DNA of 64,000 nucleotides from contig NC_042998.1 in the NCBI RefSeq assembly GCF_006345805.1, forward strand, positions 32,240,001 through 32,304,000, written 5' to 3'. The DNA is from Octopus sinensis. Taxonomy: Eukaryota. This document shows positions 35,886-49,915 of this stretch, one piece after another. The notes under the pieces were generated by a model. The model did no database searches, was not told the DNA's origin, and saw nothing but the letters and a program-made list of their open reading frames with translations. A program made the position numbers and the translations under genes. Positions within the stretch are counted from its first letter, which is position 1. Every line of letters begins with the position of its first letter.

Positions 35886-37390
35886 TTTTAGCGGTTATTT
35901 ATTCGCAATGACAATATTCAAATGGTTCCGATTGCACGTACATCATCTTTACCTTCAGTCTGTCCAATGTCAGTAGAATTAGTGACAAATATATATAAGA
36001 GTTGGTTCCATCAAACATCTCTCTCCAGAAATTTGTAGCAATCGCCATGGTGATAAATGAATATTAATCTAATTTAGACATGAATTTATTTGTCGTTGTT
36101 TGCCATTAAATCAGTCAGGATATGTCTTCCGGCTATGACCACTCTGTCTGTTGGTATAGCAGAGACTACACTCTCTGAGGAAGCGCTCTCTCTCTCACTC
36201 TCTCTCTCTCTCTCTCCCTCTCTCTCTCTTTATCCCGTCAAATTACCTCTGAAGAAGGATATCGGTTCTGTTCATAGCGGATAAACTTTATCGTCACCAT
36301 TTCAATGCTGCCAGGTATTAATTTCCTTTTACCTTAGGCCACTTGTTTTGATATCCATCACTTTCTCTTACTATCTATACCATAAGGCCGTTAGTGGATG
36401 CTTGAAGATAACATATGGTTGAGAGCACTCATTATTCTGGACAATGATATAACAAGCCGTCGACTGTCAATTTCTTGATAACATCTATGCAATGCTCTCT
36501 GTATAATGACCGCTGTGAGGAAAGGTATCCAGTTATGGAAATCATATCAAAATGGAAAGTACGAGCATCGTATGCTCTTCTGATCAGTCTAGAGGCTCAG
36601 TAACGCCTACTAACAACTAACAAGATGGCTTATACAACCCATACCAGCAACGAAAATGGATGTGTTATTCTTTTACTGGTTTCAGTCATTCGAGTGTTGT
36701 TTTGTTGAGATGTCACAGTCAAGTGTTTTAGGCATGTATAACAAGTGCCAGAAGTTTGTCTGATATATATTTTATTGCCCGAAGCACTGGCAAAGTGGAC
36801 GTCAACCTTAAACATTTCACAATCATCCTTGCGGATTTAATTGCCTGAGAAATTTTGTAAATGCGTTTCCTTTCTTGGTCTTTTATTGTTGTGCAATCTC
36901 AACAACTTTCTGACTTAAATCCTGAATTTAGTTATTCATTTTTTTTTCTCATTCTGAAACACAAGGTTTTATCAAACTATGAATAGAAAAAAATAAGAAA
37001 AACAAAAAATCAGGAAACACAGAATACAATCTGAAATATTGTGATTGGCTTAAGACTACTTTAACTGGTTTTTTTTTATGGGAATAGATGAGAAAAAATT
37101 GTTTCTTTTTATGACTTGACATGAAGTCAGCTTTTATTGAATGACATAATGCCTATAAACCATAACCTAAGAAGGTTGAGAAATTACATGTTTATGTTTT
37201 TTAGATGAGTTAAAATGAGTGTAGTCAAGATTGATTGGAATATTAACCTCATCAAGTGCCATATTCAAAATATCTCCCCAGAAAACAACCAGAGATTATT
37301 AATCAAAACATGTGGAAGTAAATACAAAAAGATCATGATTAATATTCTGTTCAATTTGAGGATATTGTGTCGGCAAAATTAAATGCCTTG

Positions 37391-37805
37391 AAGGCGGCGA
37401 GCTGGCAGAAACGTTAGCATACCGGGCGAAATGCTTAGCCGTATTTCGTCTGCCGTTACGTTCTGAGTTCAAATTCCGCCGAGGTCGACTTAGCCTTTCA
37501 TCCTTTCGGAGTCGATAAATTAAGTACCAGCTACGCACTGGTGTCGATCTAATCGACTTAATTCCATTGTTTGTCCTTGTTTGTCCTCTCTGTGTTTAGC
37601 TCCTTGTGGGTAGTAAAGAAATAGGTATTTCTACTACCGCTACGTTCTGAGTTCAAATTCTGCCGAGGTCGACTTTGACTTACATCCTTTCGGGATCGAT
37701 AAATTAAGTACCAGTTACGCACTGGGGTCGATGTAATCGACTTAATCCATTTGCCTGTCCTTGTTTTTCCCCTCTATGTTTAGCCCTTTGTGGGCAGTAA
37801 AAAAA
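37391..37805 (+). mobile_element. SINE family A dimer
   Basis: Two tandem bodies. Confidence 0.85.
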
Positions 37806-38504
37806 ATTGCCGTTTCAAGTTTCTAGGTTCAGTGTTTAGTTTCTGGGTTCAAATCCCGCTTGCTATAATTTTCGTTTTTTTTTTAATCTTCAAACTCCAA
37901 TAATTCTCGTTCCCGTAACATACTGATGGTGACTTCATTGATTCTTCTTGTTTTGCCCTGTAAAATTAGTTAAGAGCATATTCAAATGTAATCAATAGTC
38001 TGAACTGTTTTAATGTTGAAGTTAAAAGATGTAAAGGTACTTATATCAGAGTTTAAATGAAGATAAGAAGATTTATGATTTGAAGAAAGATAAAAGAGCA
38101 GACAGAAGTTTAGTAGGATTCAATCTATCAAAAGGCTATGAATTACAATGCATTATGCTGCCATTTTGACATCATAATTTCTATTGATTCATTAATGAGG
38201 GGAAAATCAATGGAAGAATGAGGGTAAAATAACCATAATGCGAGGAGCTAAAATAACCTAAGTGTTAAAGTATAGATCTATATATTGCTAAAAGTATTAC
38301 GAATTTGCTCTTTTTGGAAATATTATGCTCTACTTAGTCCCAAAATTCTAGAAAATATGTTCTGATTTCGTCTGTTATAGAGTCATTGGGTTGAGGAAGA
38401 AGCAGACATTGATAAAACATCAGTATTTAGAATGATGGCATCACATACTGACTTAGAAAATCGTATTTATGGAAAATCTCTCAAGGAAATGAAAATGTGA
38501 ATAT

Positions 38505-39136
38505 CTTTTTTATCTTTTACTTGTTTCAGTCATTTGATTGCGGCCATGCTGGGGTACGGCTTTGAAGAATTCTAGTCGAATATGTTGGCATTAGTACTTT
38601 TAATTTATTTTTAAGCCTGGTACTTAGTCTGTCAGTCACATTTGCTCAACTGCTAAATCACAGGAACAACTCCAGTTGTCAAGAGGTGGTTAGTAACAAA
38701 CACAAGTATATAGACATACACACACACACACATACATACATACACACAATCATATATATTCATTTTGTATAATTTTTCCATATATATGTATATATATATA
38801 TATATATATATACACACGACGGACTTCTTTTAGTTTCCGTCTACCAAATCCACTCACAAGGCTTTGGTCGGTCTGAGGCTATAGTAGAAGACAATTGCCC
38901 AAGGTGCCACGCAGTAGGACTGAACCCAGAACCATGTGGTTGGGAAGCAAGCCTCTTACTACACAGCCACACCTATATCCACGATGGGCTTCTTTCAGTT
39001 TCCATCTACCAAATTCACTTCTAAGTTTCGTCGGCCCGAGGCTATAATAGCAGATACTTATCTCAGATGCCAAGCAGTGGGACTGAACCTGGAACCATGT
39101 GGTTGGGAAGCAAACTTCTTGCCATACAGCCATTCC
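38505..39136 (-). mobile_element. SINE family B (full copy plus an extra head)
   Basis: Reverse-complement family B motifs; head duplicated at 38990-39136. Confidence 0.8.
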
Positions 39137-39792
39137 GGTTACTTTTATTGAATATATTTTGGATGAGGATAGTCTTTTTAACCACCCTGCACGGCGGTTA
39201 TGCGCAGCATTCTCAAATATTTCTGTGGAAATAATTGTGGGATTCACAACTTCACAACTTCGGAGAAGCAGCTTACAGGATATCCATCTAAAGGGGAAGT
39301 AACTCCATATAAAAATGAATAAACGTGGGAGGAACACTTTAGTTCTGCATCAGACAGCCTCCCTACTTACTGTGGCATAATAAAATGCCTCAATTAAGAT
39401 TCTAAGACGACTGATGGTAGGAAGGGTATCAAGCTATAGAAATATGAATAAAACTATGGAGTACACAGCATGACAATATGCGGACATCAAGCCCATGCTG
39501 TAAGTCATACACAATAATAAAACTCACCAGTTTACTCAGTTGCTATGCACCAGATGATACGGTCTGGAATGAATGGAAAGGTACCCTGAGGCCCGTACAA
39601 CCCATGTTTCTCAGTAGCTCTTATTCTTCCACCAACAACGTCTTTCATGCAATAGTCTACATTTTTGTGGTAAGGAGCCCTAATGTTGTTTTTTTTATGT
39701 ATACAAATTGTACACATATTGTACAAATGTTTTATGCCTATTGTACACATATTGTATTATGTTTTTTAGAAAGAGTTTTTTATTTTCTTTTC

Positions 39793-40134
39793 GGGCGTGG
39801 CTGTGTGATAAAGTAGCTTCCTTACCAACCACATGGTTCTGGGTTCAGTCCCTCTGCGTGGCACCTTGAGCAAGTGGGAGTTTTAACAAATTTTGAGTTT
39901 CCCAACTTACAAATTATAAGCGCTCGCATACATACACACACACACGTTCCAGTTCAGATTTTTATTCTATGCCAATTAACCAATATATAGTGTATGTATG
40001 TATAGATACTACATAGGTAGAGTAGATGCATAATAGAGGATATTACAATGGTATCGGGCCGACCAAAGCTTTGTGAGTGGATTTCGTGGACGGAAACTGA
40101 AAGAAGCCCAGCGTATATATATATATATATATGT

Positions 40135-40174
<40 letters not shown>

Positions 40175-40191
40175 GTGTGTGTGTGTATGAT

Positions 40192-40200
<9 letters not shown>
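39793..40200 (+). mobile_element. SINE family B interrupted by a ~170-bp insertion
   Basis: Head to ...CAAGTG (~39880), resuming at GGGCCGACCAAAGC (~40055). The insert resembles 42420-42550. Confidence 0.7.
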
Positions 40201-40252
<52 letters not shown>

Positions 40253-40849
40253 GCACATATATTTATATTTATATTATCGAACTTATCAAGTGGCCAGCAT
40301 GGGAATAAGAACTTCAAAGATAATAATTATTATTAAAATCATAATTTAGGGAAATAGCAGCCAAAACTTGACTCTAAAACCACATTAAATGTTCATACAG
40401 CACCAGGAGAGAAGACAAAAAGACAAAATAAACTAGCCAAAAAAAAATGTAGTTTTTTCGGTATATTCATAGCACTTTTGAAATAATTTATGAAAGATCC
40501 ATTCAGTTCAAAACAACATGAAGAACATGTTGAAGTTATAACTACATGTTCTTTTTTTTTTTTTTTGGTAGTTCCAGATTCTTTCTAATTGAACAGTCAT
40601 TTTAGCAATCTCCATAATTTTTAAGACAGTAGGATGTTATTTGCCAAAGATTTGGCCACATGTCAAAAAACATTGCATTACATGCGATCTGTGTGATTGT
40701 GGATGTGGATAAACATCTCTTTTAACAAATGAAAAAAACAAGAGAAAAAAAAACAGAACATCCATGATTAACAAAAATAGTTTATTTTTGTTGAAATTTA
40801 ATCATTCAATGCATTCAAATAAAAATGATAGAATTTTTGTTTATTCACA

Positions 40850-42300
40850 GCCAACATTTAAAAATCAATGCATCTGGCATGACTATCCTGCTATATAATC
40901 TGTTTAATCATTAGTGTCAGCAAGAATTTTTCAATAATGCAGTATCTAATTTGTAGCGTTGTTTCTGGACAGCTGCAAATAAATATTCTTTGATTTGAAA
41001 AGTTCATGTCTTCAGCTTTAAATTAATGATCGCCCAAACATTCTCAAGAAGGTTAAAGTCTACAGACCGGCCAACTCATAACTAAATTTCAGTTTCATAT
41101 ACTTACAGAAGCATTTTATAATTTGGCAGAATAAATATATCTATTATGATATTGGGGTATTGCCAGACTGCGTTGAGAAGGATGTTATATAATCTTTTCT
41201 ACTCGAGACACAAGGCCCGAAATTTTCGGGGAGGGGGCCAGTCGATTAGATCTACCCCAGTATGCAACTGGTACTTAATTTATTGACCCCGAAAGGATAA
41301 AAACCAAAGTCGACCTTGGCGGAATTTGAACTCAGAACGTAAAGACAGAAGAAATACCTATTTCTTTACTACCCACAAGGGACTAAACCCAGAGAGGACA
41401 AACAAGGACAGACAAACGAATTAAGTCGATCATATCGACCCCAGTGCGTAACTGGTATTTATTTAATCGATCCCGAAAGGATGAAAGGCAAAGTCGACCT
41501 CGGCGGAATTTGAACTCAGAACGTAAAGACAGACGAAATACTGCTAAGCATTTCGCCCGGCGTGCTAACGATTCTGCCAGCTCGCCGCCTTAAAGAATCT
41601 TTTCTACTCTAGGTACAAGGCCCAAAATTTTGGGAGAGGTGGCCAGGCGATTAGATCGATCCTAGTACACAAGTGGTACTTAATTTATCGACGCCGAAAG
41701 GATGAAAGCCAAAGTCAACATCGACGGAATTTGAACTCATAACGTTTCTGCTAGCTTGCCGCCGCCTTATGGATGTTATATAATATGAAAAAGATGTTTT
41801 GCACAAGATTTTTGTGATGTGAAATTTTCATTGGAATATGTGAGACAAAATGATCACGAGAAAACATTCCGAGACTCTTATATCATCACACTCAAATCTT
41901 CTCCGCTTCTTCTTTGCATTTGTCCTTTTATATTTCAGATATATAGCATGACCTTCTGAAAAGGTGGGAAATATTAAATTCATTTCATACGATAACACTG
42001 CATGAAGTTCAAAAATTGCTTCTCTCTAATTTTTTTCTTTTTTTTTTTTTCTTTGATAAATTTATATTCCAGACATAAGTTCTGGCTTCTCTTAATGTTC
42101 TTTGAATATTATTCTAATCGCATATCTTGATAAATTTTTCTCATTGTTTGTGTGGAAATTCTTCCATCGAAATAAAAAGAACTGATTCCTTTTATGAGAA
42201 AGTTTTGTAAATCTTCATGCATTTCTTCAAATTAGAGTCTTATATCTTCTGGTATCAGTTCTCTTGCCTGTAAGCTTAAAAAGCAAATATTTCCCCAATA
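40850..42300 (-). mobile_element. Decayed Tc1-like transposase remnant split by a SINE cluster
   Basis: Manual translation fragments SWP...LLENVWAII (cf. WPxxSPDLNPIENVW), GNTP (cf. QDNA/TP) and KRSGEDLSVMI (cf. GGGSVMVW). Confidence 0.5.
41194..41770 (-). mobile_element. SINE family A multimer with 14-bp TSD
   Basis: GGATGTTATATAAT at 41180-41193 and 41771-41784. Confidence 0.85.
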
Positions 42301-42599
42301 AATTTTGAATGAAACAGAAAAAAAAGAAAGAATTATCGCAAAGCAGCGTGTGTATAGAGCTTCGTGGCATCAATGAAATTATATATTTACCTGGAGACAC
42401 TTCACTGTCAGATTTTCCCAAAATTATGAGCGCTCGCATACGCACGCACATACACACACACAAAACACAACACACACACACACACACACCACACACACAC
42501 ACACACACATTCTGATATATTCTATGCCAAATAACCAATATATACTGTAGGTATGTATGTATGTAAGATAAAACTTACTTGGAAGAGGATGCGTGGAGT

Positions 42600-42645
42600 T
42601 CAATCATATATAGTAATATAAATAATATATATAATATATATATTA

Positions 42646-42676
<31 letters not shown>

Positions 42677-42776
42677 TATATATATATATACATATATAAT
42701 ATATAATATATACATATATATATATAATATATTATACATATATATATATATATATACATATATATTATATATATAC

Positions 42777-42841
<65 letters not shown>

Positions 42842-42853
42842 CATATATATATA

Positions 42854-42884
<31 letters not shown>

Positions 42885-42918
42885 CATATATATATTATAC
42901 ATATATATATATATACAA

Positions 42919-42949
<31 letters not shown>

Positions 42950-43172
42950 CAAATATATATTACATTATATATATACAAATATATACATATATATATATAT
43001 ATACCAATATATATACATAAATATATATATACATATATATACATATATACATACATATATATATACATATACATATATATATACATATATATATACATAT
43101 ATACATACATATATATATACATATACATTATATATACATATATACTACATATATATATACATATACATATAT

Positions 43173-43241
<69 letters not shown>

Positions 43242-43270
43242 TACATCTATACGTATATATATATATATGC
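42600..43270. repeat. Imperfect (TA)n/(TACA)n tract
   Basis: Direct reading. Confidence 0.95.
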
Positions 43271-43534
43271 ATATGTGGGCACAGGATATCACGAAACGTT
43301 TACAACAAAAAAAAGTACGAAGTACGAGTACATGGAATATGAACTATTCTTTCGAACAACGAAAGACACAAATGGAAAACAAAACAAACAACATAAAGAA
43401 CGACTCTTCATCAGTTGTTGACCTTTTTTCTAGTCTCGTATTTCGAGCATTTAATGTATGTATGTATGTATGTATGTATGTATGTATGTATGCATGTATG
43501 CATGTATGTATGCATATATGAATGTATAGATACT

Positions 43535-43725
43535 ATCAAGTCATCCCATATGTTCTGTCCGAATTTTTAATAAAGAAAACAAGTGATCGAATGTTATATT
43601 TAATTGAAATTTAATCATCAATGTAGTTTCCCTGATTATCTATGACTTCCTTCCATCTATTTACAAGCTTTTTAATCCCATCAATGTAAAACTCTTTTGG
43701 TTTCAAAACGAAGAACTCTGATGTC
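43535..43725 (-). mobile_element. Mariner 3' end (transposase C-terminus + TIR)
   Basis: EFFVLKPKEFYIDGIKKLVNRWKEVIDNQGNYIDD*. Confidence 0.8.
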
Positions 43726-45029
43726 AGCCCTCCAACACTTCCTCGACCGTCGTCCCGACCCCACCCCCAGCACCCCACCCTTCTCCGGTTGGCTGAGCTC
43801 GTCCTCACCCTCAATTGCTTCACGTTCGCCGGGGAAACGTACCAAAAGGTGTCCGGGGTCGCGATGGGAACTAGGATGGGCCCCAATTTCGCCAATCTCT
43901 TTCTTGGCTACATTGAGGCCCAAGTGTTCTCCCAGTTCTCTGGGCCGACCCCCGAACTATACGGTCGCTATATCGACGACTGCGTAGGTGCCACCTCCTT
44001 TCCCGTGAACTTCTCTGCCAATTCATCTCTTCCTTTCCAACTTTCACCCCTCTCTTCAATTCACCTCCACCATCTCCAACACCTCTGTCAACTTCCTTGA
44101 CATCTCTCTCCGCATCGATCACCCCTCCAGCTCTCTCACCACCACCGCCTTTTTTAAACCTACGGATTCCCACCTCTATCTCAACTTCTCTTCCACCCAC
44201 CCCTTCCACACCAAACGAGCCATCCCCTACTCCCAGTTCCTCCGCCTCCGACGTTTGTGCAGCCGCGACCAGGATTTCGAGACCCAATCTCAATACCTGG
44301 CCCGCATGTTCAGACTCCGAGGTTACCCACCCATACTCCTCTCTGATGCCCTCACCGCGCCCGTCGCATCGACCGCACTACCGCCCTGTCTCCTTCCCCC
44401 CGCCCACCCCCAACCGCACCCCCTTCCCCTCCTTTTCCACCCCTCTACCCTACCCCTTCGTCGCAAGATACTACGTGCCTTCCGTCGCCTCCAGCTTGAT
44501 CCACCCACCCGCCCCATTTTCCCTAACCTACCCCTGTCCTCTTTCAAACGAGCCCGCAATCTGCGTGACCTCCTGGTCCACAGCACCCTCTCTCCTTCCC
44601 CCTCAGCCCCACACGGATCATTCCCTTGCTCTAGATCCCGTTGCAACACTTGCCCCTTCATCACCAACACCACCGCCGTCACCGGCTCCAACCTGCACAC
44701 TGTACGCATTAGGCACTCTTTTACGTGCACCTCGTCTGGCCTTATTACTGCATTAAATGCAACCTATGCGGGATGCTGTATGTAGGACAGACGGGACGCC
44801 GGTTGTCCGAACCGTTTCACTGAACACTTGAGGGACGTTCGCCTACACTCTCTTTCTCCCGTCGCACGCCACTTCCGCTCGGCCGGCCATTCCCTAGATG
44901 ACATCTCATGTTTGGTCTCGCGCCCCCCACCATGGTCGCCCACTTTCCAGGCTCCACTTGGAGCAACGCTACATCTTCACCCTACAAACTACCACCCCAC
45001 ACGGACTTAACACGGCCCCCTCCTCTTGA
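43726..45029 (+). pseudogene. 5'-truncated Penelope-like element ORF: RT C-terminal part, thumb/linker and GIY-YIG endonuclease (frameshifted)
   Basis: LTLNCFTFAGETYQKVSGVAMGTRMGPNFANLF, RYIDDC, KPTDSHLYL, IPYSQFLRLRRLCS, RGYP, PCSRSRCNTC, CIKCNLCGMLYVGQTGRRL..RF.EH, LEQRYIFTLQT..PHGLN. Confidence 0.92.
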
Positions 45030-47780
45030 GATCCGTTTTTTTTTTTTTTTTTTTTTTTTTTTGTGGACACACCACCCCCACCTACCCCCACACGCACACA
45101 CACACCCCCCCCCCTACCTCCCACACCCACCCACCCACCTACCTCCCACACGCCTGTTCACACACACACATACGTAGACCCATCTACGTACATACATTCA
45201 CACATTTAATCACACACACTTACAGACATACTAACACACACTAACATACAAACCAACATGCACATACACACACACATACATACATACGCACACACATACA
45301 TACTTACACACACACACACACACAGACATACATACACACATACACACACACATACATACGCACATACATACACACACACTCACACACACACACCGCACGT
45401 ACATACTTCACACACACACATGCAAACATACATGTAGGCACATACATACATACATACCTACACATGCACACCCTTACACTGAATGCACACACACATACAC
45501 CTTTTTGCATCCAGGCAGCCCCCCCCTCTTTTCTGCTTTCCGGTTTTGGCTGATGGATCCTTGGTTCCCGCGTAGCGGGGCGTTCGAGGGCCTTTGCGCT
45601 CGCGCGCCTTGGCGCACGCTGAGGGCTTGGTCGGCCCCTTGGGCTTGCGTTGTACTGCTTGTGCGTTGTGTGCGTGGGCGCGCTTCGTGTGTGTGGGCTT
45701 GCTTCGGATGTGCGCGTGCGTATGTATGCATACATACCCACACACTCGCATGCATCCCTACCCACATACATACACGCACACCTACTCACACACACACATA
45801 CACACACATACCTGCACACACACACACACATATACATACATACACATACATACCTACTTCAGACATACACCACACAGACATAACACCCATACACTCACAC
45901 TCACACGCATACACACACACACATACACACGCACACGTACACATACACACACAGACACACACCTACATACATACATTACACTTGTATACACACACACTTA
46001 CATTCATACACACACACACACAACTACACAGCCATACCCTCACTCAGACACACACATCTACCTACACACACACACAAACACACACGGACACACACCCATA
46101 CATACATACATCTACACACACACGCCTACACACATACATACACACATACATAAACACACACACATACACATATACACACATACGCACACCACATATACTT
46201 ATACACATGCACACACACACATACATACATACACCCATATACATACACACACACATACCCACATACTCCTATACGCACTACATACACACAGACATACACA
46301 CATACACACTCACAGAAACATACACACACACATACACACACACTCACCTGCACGCGCACACACATGCATGACAAACACCCATACACTCACACTCACATAC
46401 GCACACACCAACATAAACACGCACGCACACACACACACACACCTACACTCCCACACACATACACACGCACCTACATACACACCGCACGCATACACACGCA
46501 TACACACATACATTACACACGTACACACACACCTACATACACATGCATACACACACACACACACAAATGCACGGACACACCCAGACATACACACATACCT
46601 ATATACACACGCCCACACACCTACATACACACACATATACACACGCCCACACACCTACATACACACACATACATACACACACATACACGGACACACCCAT
46701 ACATACTTACATACATACACCTATACACACACGCCTACACACCTACATACACACACATGCATACACACACACACACATGTACGCACATACACACACATAT
46801 ACGCACATACATATATACCCACACACATGCACACACACACACACATACGCACATGCATGCATGCACACGCGCACACCTACACGCATACACACACACACAC
46901 GCACGTACACATACATACATACACACACGCATACATACACCCATACACATACATGCATCCTACACACACATACATACACACTCACACATACATACACACA
47001 CACACACTCACTCACACACCTGTATGTACGCGCACACACATGCACATACACACACTTCCCCCACCCACACGTACATACATACACACACACACACCACACA
47101 CACACACGGACATACATCTATGCACACACATACATACACATACTCACATACATTCATCGGACACACTGCCACCCGGACATACACACAGACACACTCACAC
47201 ATCCACACACATACATACTTACGCACATACTCGCAGGCGCGCGCACGCACGCGCTTGCGCCGGCTCGCGCACGCATACGCTCCGCAGGCACCTCGCTCTT
47301 GGAACCGACAAGACCTCCCGCCCGTTCCTGGGACCGTCGCGTGTCGTTGGGTTTTCCCACGCCCGCCTCCGCGGGACCACTCTTCCATCTTCCCCTCAGC
47401 TGGAGTCCTTTTTCCTTAACCCCCCCTTTTTCGTTACACACACGCGCACACATATACACACATTGCTTAAATATATACATTACTCTTACACACATTCAAT
47501 CTACTCGCCATTTATACCACCACGACACTGGACACACACACACTACTACTCAACACACGCTGGCACGCTACATACGCCCCCACCCCTTCCCTCCCTCCCT
47601 TCCTCCTTCCTTCTTTTCTACTACTGACCTTTGTCTGCTAAGCTGACCACTGTCTCGCCCTACCTCACACGCCTACACACAGACGCACACACTAACACAC
47701 ACATATATATTTTTTTGTGTTTTCATCTCGCCTCACACACACACATACACACACACGCACGCACACACCACACTCACACA
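45030..47780. repeat. ~2.7-kb cryptic (CA/TACA)n low-complexity tract with GC-rich islands
   Basis: Direct reading. It is the source of the spurious H/T-rich and C/V-rich ORFs. Confidence 0.9.
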
Positions 47781-48060
47781 TACACACACATCTGTTGCGT
47801 TACCAACCTTGTCTCCACTCTTTTGCCTTTAAAACCCACTTTGCTCTGTTTTCGTAAACATCCGCCTTTCACCATGTGCAACTCGTAAACACCAATCGTC
47901 TTTTTTCTCTTTCCCTGTTGCCCGCTCTGGGATCTTTCTTTCCTCTCTCTTCCTTCTTTATGTTTCCGACGAAGAGCTCCGCTCGAAACGTCATACCTCC
48001 CTGCTTCCATTTCCTGAGCGCCTATTAATAATAATACTGTAATTGTTCCATTGTTGTTGT
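47780..48060 (+). mobile_element. Probable Penelope-like 3' terminal (pseudo-LTR) region
   Basis: Pyrimidine-rich segment on the PLE sense strand with a hammerhead-like motif. Confidence 0.55.
47962..47996 (+). ncRNA. Degenerate minimal hammerhead ribozyme
   Basis: GUUU-CCGACGA-A-GAGC UCC GCUC-GAAA-CG-UC-AUAC. Core U4 is replaced by C and stem I has one mismatch; palindromic ACGU stem III. Confidence 0.5.
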
Positions 48061-48158
48061 TTTTTTGTTTCCCGTTTGGATTAAAATTATATATATATAT
48101 ATATATATATATTTAAAGAGAGAGAGAGAGAGATACATACATATGCACAAGCATGCTT

Positions 48159-48541
48159 ATCTCTCTATATATAAACGGCAGTTTGTCTGTGTGTGTTTCT
48201 GTATGTCTGTCAGGTTGTACCCTCACCCTGACCACGACTTTCAACCGATTCTGACGAAACTTGACACACACATAGCCCAATGTCATAATTCAAAACTAAC
48301 GCAGCGAAAATTTTGAAAAGTTCCCCCAGTTCTGAAAAAAATCGATGAATTCGACATGGGGTCGAGAATCAGAAACACAAACGGCAAACTGTCTAAGGGA
48401 CGCAACTCCACCTTTTTTAACTAAAAAAAAATTTACCATCATTTTTTTCACTTTTTTTGCTATTTTTTGGCTATAACTCTCTAAAAATGCTTTATAGTTA
48501 TTTCCCTTACAAACCTGAGCAACGCCGGGCGATACTGCTAG

Positions 48542-48542
<1 letters not shown>
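48159..48542 (-). mobile_element. Helitron-like family A-related element
   Basis: Ends ...GAGCAACGCCGGGCGATACTGCTAGT (reverse complement of the family A 5' end) and ATCTCTCTATATATAAAC. Confidence 0.55.
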
Positions 48543-48587
<45 letters not shown>

Positions 48588-49091
48588 CTGAGAGGTTACT
48601 GCTTTATTGATTGATTTCCTGAATTTTCTATCAAAAGATCGTTTTCAAAGTGAAGAGGTTAGTGGTGCGTGGACAACAGACTGAAGTAGACAGGAGGACA
48701 AACATTTCAGCCGATCATCTTCGAGTCTGAAAACCAACTGAGACAGTTCAAAATTTATGACAACCATTGCCGTAGCATTCAGAAATTTCACACCAATCAG
48801 ATAATGGATAGATAAACAACAAGCTTCCTTTATTTCTGGTGTGACGGAAATACTCCATTTTAACAGAAAAAATATCAGTGTACCACTAACCTGTTCTAGT
48901 CTTTGGAAAAGAATCTTTTGATCAAAGATTTCGTAAAATATACAACAATGCCATTTTTATTAAATACAGTTTTTTTTGTTTTTTTTTGGATCCAAATCTA
49001 TTCAAATTTCGTTATAATACATCGAATTTCACTGCAGAAAATATTTATTCGAAATATTTCAGTACATCCAACCAAATTATCGAGTTACAAA

Positions 49092-49915
49092 GTAAATTAA
49101 AAAAGTATTTGACTTTATATTTTCCCTTCAAAATTAATTCACGTGGGACATTTTTAAGGGTGGGAGGTGACACTACCCTTCCTGCGCATGATTAAAACAT
49201 TTCGCGCCGGTAGACGGCGACAATTCCCGGCTGTTACGTCTAGAGTACAGACTTACCTTTCACGCTCGTTGGATTTCGTTTTCACCGAACGCGTTGAGAC
49301 AGACATTGCAGCAAGTTTGCTAAAAATCTTAGGGTGACTCAAGCTCAAACCATCCAGAAGACTCAGTAGGCTTTTGGCGATGGTGTTATGAGAAAAGCTC
49401 AAATCAAGGAGTTGCACAGCCGCTTCAAACATGACTGCACCTACCTCAGTGGAGAGTGAGGCACGCTCAGGCAAGCCATATAGGAGCCGGAACGAGGAGT
49501 CGATTGAGAAGGTTTAGAAAATAGTCATAGAAACCGTCATGTAACAATCCAGGAAATTGCTCATGAAGTTGGAAAAATCACAGGATCAGGGGATTCCGCG
49601 GGAAAATTTCTCAGGACATTGCTGGGCTGTGCAAACCACGCGTCAGACTTCACGAAGACCATTAGCACTGGTAAGGAGACATGGGTTTATAGTCTCTGTT
49701 CGATGCGTTCGGTCATCGTGCGTGAAAACACAAATCCGAAGAGTACCCACTTCACGTCTGTACTCTAGGCGTAAGAGACGGGAACTGACGCGACCTACCG
49801 GTGTCAAAATTTTCGCGTATTTGCAAGAAGAGTGGCGTTACGTTCCACCCATTTGAGTTTACCCACGTGACATTAGTTTTGGCGGGAAAAAATAAAGTTG
49901 GATACCTTTTGAATG
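49092..49915 (+). mobile_element. Mariner-derived deleted element with ~160-bp imperfect terminal inverted repeats
   Basis: CCGGTAGACGGCGACAATTCCCGGCTGTTACGTCTAGAGTACAGAC pairs with GTCTGTACTCTAGGCGTAAGAGACGGGAACTGACGCGACCTACCGG. Internal HTH remnant AFGDGVMRKAQIKE..SRFK...SVESEARSG.P. Confidence 0.75.

Noticed and set aside
38378-38500. Possible plus-strand exon (SHWVEEEADIDKTSVFRMMASH...)
   Set aside because: Weak acceptor, no clear donor and no recognisable protein similarity.
43395-43425. CUGAUGA on the minus strand
   Set aside because: No GAAA or closing stems downstream.
45505-47646. Long ORFs (677, 367, 351, 288 aa) rich in H/T/Y or C/V/M
   Set aside because: These are translations of CA/TG microsatellites with no domain content.
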